DNA of 24,000 nucleotides from Geminicoccaceae bacterium (lineage in GTDB: Bacteria; Pseudomonadota; Alphaproteobacteria; Geminicoccales; Geminicoccaceae), in contig CBDBEN010000003.1 of assembly GCA_965204405.1 (NCBI GenBank), forward strand, positions 487,293 through 511,292, read 5' to 3'. The translations under genes and the position numbers were made by a program. Positions 13,504-22,197 of the stretch are shown here, piece by piece. Within the stretch, counting starts at the first letter, position 1. The number at the start of each line of letters is the position of its first letter. The notes under the pieces were generated by a model that was not told the origin of the DNA, made no database searches, and was given only the letters and a program-made list of their open reading frames with translations.

Positions 13504-14699
13504 GCCGGCCAGGCCTGGGTCTGGCCGAAGCCGTTCTCGATCGAGACGACGATCGGATGGCCGGATGCGGCACCGATGATGCCGGCGACGAGCGCACGGG
13601 TAACGAAGGCTTGTCCGCGAAAGCCGAAGATCACGCTGTCCCCGGTTTTTGGTTTGGCCGGTCCGTCCGTGTCGATCATGCCGTAATAGTCGATCGCCGA
13701 GGGCGGCGGGATCTCGACGCTGGCAAGCGCCATGTCTCCAGTCGCGGGTTCGGATGTGATCAGGGCTTTGACGTCGTAGTCCGGGAAAACCGGATCGATA
13801 TACAGGCCGCCGCCGAAGCAATAGGCCTTGCCGCCATGCTGATGGGAAACCTCGGTGAGATAGAGGGAGGCGGGCAGCTCCGGCAGGTCCTCCATCGCAT
13901 GGAGAGGCGTTGTTCCATGCAGGCCATTGCCCGGTTCGCATTGGGAGGCGCCGGCCTCGGCCAGCGCATCCAGGACGACAGAGGAGGTGGTGCCCGGCGC
14001 ATTCACCTCGATCCCCGTTCGGCCGGCCTTGGCGAGCCGCTCGATCGCGCGGGACAAGGTGGCAAGGTTTGGTGTGGGGGCCACCCTCTTGTTGTCGTGG
14101 TCATAGAGCAGGGCCGGAAAGGTGGTGATGCCGGCAAAGCGGCCGCCTAAAAGCGCATCCAGCCGATCGGCGACGGCGGCGATGGTTCCCGCCTCGAAGC
14201 CGCCTTCATGACCGCGATAGAAAATATCGCCCTCGGTCTGGATGCGGGCAAGCAGGTTCTGCTCACGGCCGGCTCGTTTCGCCGCTTCGGCCGCCTCCTT
14301 CGCCTTATCGTCACTGAACACCGTCCAGTAGTCGGGCTCCAGCAATGCTGCCGCCGTGCCCGCCTCATGGCGCGGGATCTGCACGAGATGACCGAGATGG
14401 CCAATGCTCATGCCGGCCCGGTGACAAGGAAGCGCGCAAGCCATGTCGACCGCCACCACTCGGTCGATCCCGCCACGCTTGATGGCGGCGCAAAAGCCGG
14501 AGTGACGCCCGACCTGCTTGGTCATCGCGAAGGTCTTGAGGTCACGCTTCGTGGCTTCGGCGACAAAGGCTCGGGCGTTGGCTTCGATCACGTCGAGGTC
14601 GAGCACGTAACAATTCGCCGGCAGCTTGCCTGCCTGGTGAAGAGCGATCACCGCTTCGATGAATTGCGGATTGCGCCGCCTCAAGAGATCCAAAAACAT
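13500..14699 (-). CDS. YhfX-like PLP-dependent enzyme (alanine-racemase-N fold; COG3457 'predicted amino acid racemase')
   Basis: MFLDLLRRRNPQFIEAV..., AMTKQVGR (putative PLP lysine), HLGHLVQIP, TTFPALLYD...PTPNL and NAPGTTS follow the E. coli YhfX pattern as I recall it. Start ATG 14699 is preceded by AAAGGA; the track start at 14729 is less likely. Confidence 0.75.
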   Translation of the reverse strand: MFLDLLRRRNPQFIEAVIALHQAGKLPANCYVLDLDVIEANARAFVAEATKRDLKTFAMTKQVGRHSGFCAAIKRGGIDRVVAVDMACALPCHRAGMSIGHLGHLVQIPRHEAGTAAALLEPDYWTVFSDDKAKEAAEAAKRAGREQNLLARIQTEGDIFYRGHEGGFEAGTIAAVADRLDALLGGRFAGITTFPALLYDHDNKRVAPTPNLATLSRAIERLAKAGRTGIEVNAPGTTSSVVLDALAEAGASQCEPGNGLHGTTPLHAMEDLPELPASLYLTEVSHQHGGKAYCFGGGLYIDPVFPDYDVKALITSEPATGDMALASVEIPPPSAIDYYGMIDTDGPAKPKTGDSVIFGFRGQAFVTRALVAGIIGAASGHPIVVSIENGFGQTQAWPA

Positions 14700-14715
14700 C
14701 GAAAATTTCCTTTCA

Positions 14716-15720
14716 TCATGACCGGCCAACCTCGCGCAGGGTCACGGCAACGGCAATCAGGATGATCAGGCCGCGGATGATCATCTGCTCGGAAACGGAA
14801 AGCCCCATCAAGATGAGGCCATTATTGAGCATCCCCATCATCAGCGAGCCGACGAGCGCGCCGATGATCGAGCCTTTGCCGCCGGTGAGCCGGGTGCCGC
14901 CGACGATAACGGCGGCGATCACGGTCATCAGGTCGCTTTCGCCAAGCGTGTATTTCGCGGCCTGCAGGCGGCCGGCATAGAGAAGGCCGGCGAGCCCCGC
15001 GCAAGCACCGCTCAGCATCAGAACGGCAAGGCGCACCCGCGCCGTCTTGATCCCTGAAACCAGCGCCGCGCGAGGGTTGTCGCCGGTTGCCAGGACATGG
15101 GCGCCGAAGCGGGTGTGACGATAGATAAAATGGCCGACGACAACGGCCCCGATCGTCCAAAGCACCAGGGACGGTATGCCGAAGAGACGGCCCGAGCCGA
15201 AAAAGCCGGTGAAGGCATCATTGATCACGGGGATCGAGCGGAGATCGGTGAGGGTGCGGGCGACACCGGCGAACAGGCCGAGGGTGGCCAGCGTCACCAG
15301 GAAGGAGGGAAGGCGGAGATAGGCGACCAGGAGTCCGTTCACGACACCGATCAGGAAACCTGCTCCCAGGCCCGCCGCAACGCCGAGAATCAAAGGCTGG
15401 TCTCTCAAGACCAGGGCTGCGACCAATGCCGAGACTGCCACGATCGAGCCGAAGGAAAGATCGATCTCGCCCGCCGAGAGAACGAAGACCAGGCCGATGG
15501 CCATGACGGTCGCAGGTGCGGTCTGCAGAACGATGTTGGTGAGGTTGCGCTGGGTCAGAAACCCGTCATTCCAGAGCGTGGCTGCGAAAAACAGAAAGAT
15601 CGCGAGAAAGCCGAGATAGATCACATAAGGCCGAAGGTCGGTTTTCTCGAACGCGAACGCGGAACGCTTCAAAGCTGTCTCGACTTCGGGGCTGGCAGGC
15701 CTTGGGGGGCTGGTGGTCAT
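14716..15720 (-). CDS. ABC transporter permease (RbsC/XylH-type, CUT2 family)
   Basis: A polytopic hydrophobic protein of about 334 aa with a Gly-rich C-terminal half (GGTRLTGGKGSIIGALVGS), typical of ribose/xylose-type permeases. Start is ATG 15720, or GTG 15765 as in the track. Confidence 0.85.
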   Translation of the reverse strand: MTTSPPRPASPEVETALKRSAFAFEKTDLRPYVIYLGFLAIFLFFAATLWNDGFLTQRNLTNIVLQTAPATVMAIGLVFVLSAGEIDLSFGSIVAVSALVAALVLRDQPLILGVAAGLGAGFLIGVVNGLLVAYLRLPSFLVTLATLGLFAGVARTLTDLRSIPVINDAFTGFFGSGRLFGIPSLVLWTIGAVVVGHFIYRHTRFGAHVLATGDNPRAALVSGIKTARVRLAVLMLSGACAGLAGLLYAGRLQAAKYTLGESDLMTVIAAVIVGGTRLTGGKGSIIGALVGSLMMGMLNNGLILMGLSVSEQMIIRGLIILIAVAVTLREVGRS

Positions 15721-15786
15721 GGTGCTTTCGGCTCGGAAGATCGGGCCGGGCTGCTGATCGACCACAGCCCGACCCGATGATCGTTG

Positions 15787-16857
15787 CTAGTTGGCTGCGT
15801 CGAGCACGCTGGCGGGCGCTTCCCGGTTCAGCGAGGTCTGCCAGCCTTCGGCGACATTGTCCTTGGTCACGGTGATCGCCGGCGCGATGACGAAGGGCGG
15901 CACCTCCTCGCCCAGAAGCGCCTTGGCGCCGGCAGCGGCCATGGTGCGGCCGAGCTCATAGGCCTCATCCGCGACGATCGCAGCGACATTGCCGTCCTTC
16001 ACCATGTCGAGGGCGACCGGCTCACTGAGATCGAGGGTGACGATCTTGGTATCGCTATTGCCATTGGCGCGAAGCGTGGCGAGAACGCCTTCCGCCGGGC
16101 CTGCCCAGGTCACATAGATGCCGTCCAGGTCCGGGTTGCGGGTCAAAAGCGCATTCGCGATCTCCTCGGCGCGGGCAGGGTCACTGATGCCCTGCTCGGC
16201 CACGATCGATATGCCCGGGTAATCCTTCTCGATCGTGGTCTTGAAAGCGTTGTCCCGCTGGTTGGTCACGTAATAGTCGGCATCGTGAAAGATCCAGGCG
16301 ACCTCGCCCTTCCCACCGATGGCCTCAGCCAAAGCGTCGGCGGCCTGCTTGCCCATCTGGAAAAGATCGTCGGTCACGATCGCCGCATAGTCGGCGCCGT
16401 GCTGATAGTCCGCCGGCAGGTTGGAAAGGAAGACCAGCTTGACACCGGCGTCCTTGGCTTCCCGAAAGGCTTCCGCCGAGGTCACGGGATCGAGCGGCAG
16501 CGTCAGAATTATGCTCGGCTCCTTGGCCATCACGGTTTCAGCATCACTCTTTTGCTTGGCGGCATCGAAGCCGGCATCGGTGGTTGCGACCACCTCGATG
16601 CCGAGACGCTCGAACTCGTCGCTCGCGCCCGCGGTCACGGCGTTCACGAAATCGGCGGATGTATGCCAAAGAAGAGCAGCCTTGTGCCCGCCTTCCTTCA
16701 GCTTGGCGACCCCTTCATCGGAAACGACCACGTCGCTTGACGGCACGGAGCTTTCGCCGTTCGGGCCAACCGTCTCGGCCAACACCGATGGCGCCAATGC
16801 GAGCATCAATGCGGTGACCGCAGCTGCTCCCATCCCTTTCAGTTCCTTTGCATGCAT
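15787..16857 (-). CDS. Periplasmic sugar-type ABC substrate-binding protein (PBP type I)
   Basis: Has the signal peptide MHAKELKGMGAAAVTALMLALAPSVLA/ETVG. Its alternating alpha/beta pattern and size match RbsB-like binding proteins. It sits upstream of the permease. Confidence 0.8.
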   Translation of the reverse strand: MHAKELKGMGAAAVTALMLALAPSVLAETVGPNGESSVPSSDVVVSDEGVAKLKEGGHKAALLWHTSADFVNAVTAGASDEFERLGIEVVATTDAGFDAAKQKSDAETVMAKEPSIILTLPLDPVTSAEAFREAKDAGVKLVFLSNLPADYQHGADYAAIVTDDLFQMGKQAADALAEAIGGKGEVAWIFHDADYYVTNQRDNAFKTTIEKDYPGISIVAEQGISDPARAEEIANALLTRNPDLDGIYVTWAGPAEGVLATLRANGNSDTKIVTLDLSEPVALDMVKDGNVAAIVADEAYELGRTMAAAGAKALLGEEVPPFVIAPAITVTKDNVAEGWQTSLNREAPASVLDAAN

Positions 16858-16888
16858 GGTGCTTCTCCCTGGTTTGATTTCTGTTCAG

Positions 16889-18151
16889 TCATTCCTCGGC
16901 CAGGCCGCAATAGCTGGCCATGAAGGCGGCAAACGCAACGATTCCCGCCAAATACTCCTCGACCTGCACATGCTCTTCCAGCGTGTGACAGTTTCTGATG
17001 TCACCCGGTGCGCAATAGACTGCGGGGCAACCGATGTCGTTGATCAGAAAAGGCGTCTCCGACCAAAAGGGCGCTCCCTCGATCTGACCGCGCCCTTCGA
17101 GAGCAGTCCCCAAGCAGGCACAAAGCTCGCGCACCGCCGGTAGGGCCGGATCGATCTCGACCGGTGATCCGCCGAGCGGATGATCGCGGCCCGCCGGGAA
17201 GGCGATGTCGACGGTGATCTCCGGATCGGACACGGCGCCGCGCACGACGCGCTCAAGGTTCCCCGCCGCCTCGTCCAGATCCTCGCCCGGGCGCAGCTTT
17301 CGAATGAGCGACAGGGAACAGCTGCCGGGAACCGCGATATAGCCGCCTGCGCGCAGTTCCGTGACCAGGAGAAAGGAGCGCCCGACCAGATCATGCGTCC
17401 CTGCCTCGCCGAGCGCATCGGAATGCTCCCAAAGGGCCGACAGCACCTGATGTCCTGCTTTCAAAGCGTCGCGGCCAAGCTCCGGCACACCGAAATAGGC
17501 TGATTTGCCGGTGATCTCGATGTCGGCGATGAAAAAGCCGATCTGGGCCGGATAAACGGCGAGGCGGGTCGGCTCCACATAGATCGCGAAGTCCGGTTTC
17601 GGTGTTTTACCCCGGGTGACCCGCTCGGCGAATTGCTTGATGCCGGCACTGACCCCGCTGCCCGGCTGACCACTCTCCTCGTCACCGACAAAGGCGAAGC
17701 TGACGTCGCCCTGGAGTGTAATCCTCGCTTTGTCCAAGAGCTGAAGAGCCAGGAGGCCGGCTGAGATGCCAGCCTTCAAATCGCCGGCACCCCGCCCCCA
17801 GATCGCACCATCGACCATAGCGCCGGCAAACGGATCTTCCCTGGTCGTGCCCGCCCATTTTTCCTGCCAACCCTCGACATGCACTGTGTCGGTGTGACCG
17901 ATGATCATCAGGTGTCGACCACCGCCTTTACCTTGCCGGTGCCCCCAGATATTCGGGCGTCCCGGCAGAAATTCCTCCTGCGTCAGCACGTCCAGATTGA
18001 GGGCAGCCATCTCCGTTTCGAGGAAGGCCGCCATGTTGGCTTCATTGCCCGTGATACTTTCCCGGCCAATCGCGCGCTGCAGGAAATCGGTGGCTGCCGC
18101 CTGGTCGAGCAGAGGTCGGAGCTTTGTGATTAGTTCGTTGGTCGCCGTCAT
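16889..18151 (-). CDS. M20-family metallo-amidohydrolase (ArgE/DapE/CPG2-like deacylase)
   Basis: Metal-ligand motifs IIGHTDTV, GRGAGDLKAG and VGDEESG are present in the canonical order in a 420-aa protein. Its ATG overlaps the ROK gene stop (ATGA at 18148-18151). Confidence 0.85.
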   Translation of the reverse strand: MTATNELITKLRPLLDQAAATDFLQRAIGRESITGNEANMAAFLETEMAALNLDVLTQEEFLPGRPNIWGHRQGKGGGRHLMIIGHTDTVHVEGWQEKWAGTTREDPFAGAMVDGAIWGRGAGDLKAGISAGLLALQLLDKARITLQGDVSFAFVGDEESGQPGSGVSAGIKQFAERVTRGKTPKPDFAIYVEPTRLAVYPAQIGFFIADIEITGKSAYFGVPELGRDALKAGHQVLSALWEHSDALGEAGTHDLVGRSFLLVTELRAGGYIAVPGSCSLSLIRKLRPGEDLDEAAGNLERVVRGAVSDPEITVDIAFPAGRDHPLGGSPVEIDPALPAVRELCACLGTALEGRGQIEGAPFWSETPFLINDIGCPAVYCAPGDIRNCHTLEEHVQVEEYLAGIVAFAAFMASYCGLAEE

Positions 18152-19362
18152 TCCGCCGCCTCCGAATTCTGTGCAGCGCGTGAAGAGGGAAGCGGAATCG
18201 ACCCGACCGGAGCAGCTGCGCCGAAAAGGCCATTATATAAGCGACTCAGCCCGAGCGCTGCTGCTCCTACCAGCGCTGCGCGCGGGCCAAGAAAACTCCT
18301 CTCGATCCGAACCGGTGCCATGCTGCAAAGCGGCAGCAGCTCGCGAACCCTGGAGACCAGCTCCGCACGCGCACCGATCGATCCGCCAAGCACGACGAGC
18401 TGAGGGTCGATCACTGCCTGTATCGCGAGCACGGCTCGACAAAGAAGCTTAGCTGTTTCGTCGAGGACTTGGCCTGCGGCCTCGTCACCGTTGGTAGCGA
18501 GATCGAAAATCTCCGGCACAGTCCGATCAAGCCCGGCAAGGGCCACGTAGCGATTCATGATGCCGTGAGTCGCGACCTCGCGCTCAAAGGCGCCGACATG
18601 ACGGGAGTTTGGATCGAAAGGATCAGCGCCGAATGGCAGATAGCCGATCTCGCCGGCAGCACCGGATGTGCCGCGCATCAACTCACCCCCCAGCATCAAT
18701 CCGGCTCCAATCCCGGTGCCGAGCGCAAAGAACGCCAGATTGTCGACACCCTGGCCATGACCCTGCCAATGCTCGCCAAAAACTGCGAGATTGACGTCGT
18801 TCTCTACCACCGTCTCGACACCGAGACGATCGCTGAGACGACTCTTGACGTTCATTTGTTCAAGCCCGCCGACATTGGGCGCCATCAGCACCTGACCGGC
18901 ATCATCGTCCGGCACACCCGGCACGCCGAGGACGGCAAGCCGAATATGTTTTTTGGGAATACGGCGTTTCTTGGCCACCACTTGGCTCAGGGCAACGATC
19001 TGCTCGATCAGATCCTCTCCACCCCTGGCTTCGGTCGGTGCGCTCTCCTCGGCGAGAATTCGGCAGGACAGATCGGCAATCGCCACACGAACCTTGGTGC
19101 CGCCGAGATCGATCGCGATGATATGGGCCGCCGATGGCACAATCTCATAGGTCACCGCCGTCCGGCCGACATGACCACCAGTCCGCCCCGTTACCTTAAC
19201 GAAGCCATCCGCCTCCAGCACACGGACAATTTCCGAGATCGTCTGCTTGGACAGCCTCGTCCGCTTGGCGATAGCCGCCCGTGATATCGGTCCGTGATGG
19301 ATAATTGCCGTCATCACCGAACGTAGCGAAAAATGACGTGAGATCCGAACCGAAGCACTCAT
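18148..19362 (-). CDS. ROK-family transcriptional regulator (NagC/XylR-like)
   Basis: An N-terminal winged-HTH (GPISRAAIAKRTRLSKQTISEIVRVLEADGFV) is followed by a ROK sugar-kinase fold (IAIDLGGTKVRVA, ENDVNLAVFGE, GTGIGAGL, GAAGEIGY). The usual H..CxCGxxGC zinc motif is absent, replaced by GEIGYLPFGADPFDPNSRHVGAFE. The likely start is ATG 19362 (AAGG upstream); the track start at 19461 is an extension. Confidence 0.85.
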   Translation of the reverse strand: MSASVRISRHFSLRSVMTAIIHHGPISRAAIAKRTRLSKQTISEIVRVLEADGFVKVTGRTGGHVGRTAVTYEIVPSAAHIIAIDLGGTKVRVAIADLSCRILAEESAPTEARGGEDLIEQIVALSQVVAKKRRIPKKHIRLAVLGVPGVPDDDAGQVLMAPNVGGLEQMNVKSRLSDRLGVETVVENDVNLAVFGEHWQGHGQGVDNLAFFALGTGIGAGLMLGGELMRGTSGAAGEIGYLPFGADPFDPNSRHVGAFEREVATHGIMNRYVALAGLDRTVPEIFDLATNGDEAAGQVLDETAKLLCRAVLAIQAVIDPQLVVLGGSIGARAELVSRVRELLPLCSMAPVRIERSFLGPRAALVGAAALGLSRLYNGLFGAAAPVGSIPLPSSRAAQNSEAAE

Positions 19363-19491
19363 AGTCGCCTTGCCTTTAATTCGTTCACTATACGAACTAT
19401 CTTTCGGCCTGATTAAGCTGTCAACCGAGAATCTGCAGACCACAACTAATCCAGCGGTCACACGAACTCGAAAGACCCTAGTGGCCTATTT

Positions 19492-19689
19492 GGATCAAGC
19501 CCGGTAGGAAGGACAGTTCGCTGGCGTGGCTGGTTCTGGTTGCGAGAGCGGCCATTCGAGCGGGATCGGCAATCATACTCTTGCCTGCGAAAAGTAAGAT
19601 CGCCGGCACGAGGGGCTGCTTCGCGATCCGCATTTCTGCCGCTAGCCGAGCTTACTCGTCGCTCACATTCCGTGCCAAGAACAGACGCT
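19492..19689 (+). repeat. ~185-bp dispersed repeat, copy C (uninterrupted)
   Basis: Same orientation as A and B and about 95% identical to B over about 150 nt. A 15-nt block (19645-19659, GCCGAGCTTACTCGT) replaces CGGAAAGCAAGCCCG of A and B. It lies in the divergent intergenic region between the ROK operon and the VOC gene. Confidence 0.9.
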
Positions 19690-19756
19690 GGGGGCCTCGT
19701 GATCCAACGATCGACTTGCTGCTGACATCGATGAGTCCTTCAGTTAGTTTTTGACC

Positions 19757-20134
19757 ATGAAGATCGAGGCCCTGGACCATGTTCAGCTTGCGATGCCGGA
19801 AGGGCGGGAGGATGAAGCTCGTACTTTCTATCGCGATCTGCTTGGCATTCCCGAAATCGCTAAGCCACCAAACCTAGTTGGTCGCGGCGGCGCTTGGTTT
19901 GTACGCGGCGGTTTAAAGATTCACCTTGGTGTCGACAAGAACTTCTCGCCAGCACGGAAAGCGCATCCGGCCTTCATCGTCTCGGGGTTGCAAGAACTGA
20001 TAGTCAGGCTAACTAACGCTGGATTCGAGCCGGCCAAAGATGAACCTTTGGAGGGCTATGATCGCGTCTACGTACACGATCCATTTGGGAATAGAATTGA
20101 GCTAATGGAGCCCGTCGGGAAGCTTTTGGGTTGA
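19757..20134 (+). CDS. VOC-family protein (glyoxalase / bleomycin-resistance / dioxygenase fold)
   Basis: LDHVQLAMPEGREDEARTFYRDLLG...AHPAFIV...VYVHDPFGNRIEL shows the typical paired beta-alpha-beta-beta-beta module motifs in a protein of about 125 aa. Start is ATG 19757, or TTG 19751. Confidence 0.8.
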   Translation: MKIEALDHVQLAMPEGREDEARTFYRDLLGIPEIAKPPNLVGRGGAWFVRGGLKIHLGVDKNFSPARKAHPAFIVSGLQELIVRLTNAGFEPAKDEPLEGYDRVYVHDPFGNRIELMEPVGKLLG

Positions 20135-20173
20135 GCCTCCAAAGATCTCCATGGTGCCATCAGATTCGGACAC

Positions 20174-20782
20174 TCACGGAACTGGACGTGTCGCCTTCAT
20201 CGAAGCTCGGCGGTCCTGCTCCTCGAACCACTTGGCGAGCGCAGGGTGGTTAGAAGCCCAATCGTCGTGAAATCCAGCGTACTCCACAAGCCCTAGAGCA
20301 CTGGCAAGTGTGATCGTGCAGAAATTCCAGGCCTGCTTGGGCGCTCGTTCGCGCTGAAAGGTCGTCTCGAAGTGATTGATGCAGCGTTCTGCGCGTTGTC
20401 GCTCGACGTCGAGGATAAACGCCGATCTCTCGCTGTCGTCACGGCGGTTCTCACGCGCCCAAGCGACGATCCCATCGAGAAACCCAACCACCATGCTCTC
20501 GAACGCCAGCTCCTGCCATCTTTCGCTTTCGTTGTAGGCAAGGAACGTCGATCGACCGGCAATATGATCGAAGTAAGCGCATATGTTTCGCGCTTCACCG
20601 AGAACGAGATCGTCACAGACAAGGGTCGGCACACGACAGACCGGACTATGTGCGAGGAGCGGATTATCCGGTGTCCGATTTACGACTGCGACATGTTCGA
20701 TCTCGTCCGCGATCCCACATTCGATGGCGGCAACGCGCACCACTCGGGCGTAGGGCGAGTTCTTTGAATAGTAGAGCTTCAT
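20174..20782 (-). CDS. Glutathione S-transferase family protein
   Basis: The N-terminal thioredoxin-like module MKLYYSKNSPYARVVRVA...VPTLVCDDLVLGEARNI is followed by an alpha-helical C-terminal domain, 202 aa in total. Confidence 0.8.
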   Translation of the reverse strand: MKLYYSKNSPYARVVRVAAIECGIADEIEHVAVVNRTPDNPLLAHSPVCRVPTLVCDDLVLGEARNICAYFDHIAGRSTFLAYNESERWQELAFESMVVGFLDGIVAWARENRRDDSERSAFILDVERQRAERCINHFETTFQRERAPKQAWNFCTITLASALGLVEYAGFHDDWASNHPALAKWFEEQDRRASMKATRPVP

Positions 20783-21017
20783 GGTCTGATTATAGCCAGT
20801 CCTGCCGCTCCTGTCGCATCGGTTCGCGAGCTGCAGCCTTGTTTCCGGTCCGGGTCATCGATGGAAACAAGCGCCCTATCTTGTAACGCAGAGAATGCGC
20901 AGCAAAGCGGCCTCGCCAGCAAGCGATCTCCTCTTAGTGCCGGCTTTCGGGTAGGTTTCTTGCCAGTAGCCTCGTTCCCGCAGCGTGCCACTTTTGGACG
21001 CTTGATGGAGAGCAGTT

Positions 21018-21962
21018 TTAGTTTGACAGAATGAACTGCCGTATTGCCCTGAAAGCGGGGTCCGGCTGGTCAGCCACAACGCCGTGACCGCACTTAGTGA
21101 ACCGCTGCAATGTCACAAGATCATCACGTATGGAGCTTGCGATCACCTCGCTGAACTCGGGCGGGGTGATGGGATCCAACTCACCAACAAGAACCAACAC
21201 CGGGCAAACGATCTTCGAGAGATGATCGCGAAAATCCATGCGACCTTGCTCATTTTTTGGACCATTAAACCAAAGCGCCGTGTCATCCTTCACCAGAGCA
21301 CGCGAGAATAAGTCCTGAATGCCATCCTTGTTGACCTGATAGAAGGGCGCACACTGATCTCGATATTTCGCTCTCATTTCTGCCGTCGGATCTTCCCAGT
21401 AGACTTCAGCGATGTCGCGAATTTCCTTTCCGCCGAGTCGCTCAAAAGCATTGTAGACTGCGGGAAAGTCCATTTTTGCCGATGTGCTGATCAAGATGAG
21501 CTTCGATGGATGGTCCGGATATCGGGTGGCATAGGACTGAGCAACGAAGCCGCCAAATGAGGTGGCCAGAACGATAGGCTTTTCAATTCCAAGGGAGTCA
21601 CATAACCCACGCAGATCATCCCCCCACTGGGCAAGGTTCCATGTGGTCTCGTCGCAAAACTCGCTTCGGCCATTACCTCGGTGATCGTAATAGATGAGCT
21701 GGGCGATATCGCTCAGCTGTGAAAATGCTGGCTTGTAGTGCGAGTGATCCATGCCGGGGCCGCCATGGACCAGAACGACAACTGGTTTTTCCCGCATTGC
21801 AGGACCGTCTGGAGTAAGAGCAGAGCCTTCAACATCAAAATACAGTCTTGTACCATTCACGTTGACGAACACAGCGATGAGGTCCTTGGTTCGGTGTCGA
21901 TCTCTGTCGACTATCTCAATGGCGCTGACTCTTTGCAATGCAAGAACGTTTTCGAAGTTCAC
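21018..21962 (-). CDS. Alpha/beta hydrolase, prolyl-aminopeptidase-like (S33-type)
   Basis: VNGTRLYFDVEG...VVVLVHGGPG...YDHRGNGRS is the HGGPG oxyanion region, with nucleophile elbow ATSFGG and C-terminal CGH. The start is uncertain: GTG 21962 as in the track, or an internal GTG at 21872 giving MFVNVNGTRLY. Confidence 0.8.
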   Translation of the reverse strand: MNFENVLALQRVSAIEIVDRDRHRTKDLIAVFVNVNGTRLYFDVEGSALTPDGPAMREKPVVVLVHGGPGMDHSHYKPAFSQLSDIAQLIYYDHRGNGRSEFCDETTWNLAQWGDDLRGLCDSLGIEKPIVLATSFGGFVAQSYATRYPDHPSKLILISTSAKMDFPAVYNAFERLGGKEIRDIAEVYWEDPTAEMRAKYRDQCAPFYQVNKDGIQDLFSRALVKDDTALWFNGPKNEQGRMDFRDHLSKIVCPVLVLVGELDPITPPEFSEVIASSIRDDLVTLQRFTKCGHGVVADQPDPAFRAIRQFILSN

Positions 21963-22197
21963 TGAGGCCGTTCTGGTTCAAAGGTGTGAGCAATCGCCCT
22001 AGCTCGTAGCGCGGGCTTTGCGCCGATAAGCAGCCTCCACGGCCAGGTCTTGTTCGTTGCGCTAGCTTTCCCAAGTTTTCTGCCAGAACGCTTGGTTCTC
22101 AAGTGTGCCAGTTTTGGGCACGACGCCATCATGCGGATCCTGAAACCGTCCATCCTGACCTCCGGGATTCTCGCTTGCCAGCTTCACGATTTGTTAG

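Noticed and set aside
13428..19284. Long Arg/Gly/His-rich ORFs antisense or out of frame to the operon genes: 13428-14150, 15097-15780, 15784-16740, 16421-17143, 17901-18452 and 18469-19284. The equivalent over rhcR is 1569-2306.
   Set aside because: These are typical high-GC shadow frames. They have low-complexity Arg/Pro/Gly composition and no motifs, and each is fully overlapped by a motif-supported gene on the other strand or frame.
20954..22121. Two 48-nt segments match at 32 of 48 nt: 20954-21001 and 22074-22121. On the minus strand they give similar peptides (ASKSGTLRERGYWQET versus VPKTGTLENQAFWQKT). One lies downstream and one upstream of the hydrolase gene. The second contains the palindrome GTGCCAgtttTGGGCAC.
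   Set aside because: A rough estimate puts a 67% ungapped match over 48 nt at the edge of chance expectation for all-against-all comparison of a 24-kb window. Neither segment sits in a convincing ORF, and I recognise no family.
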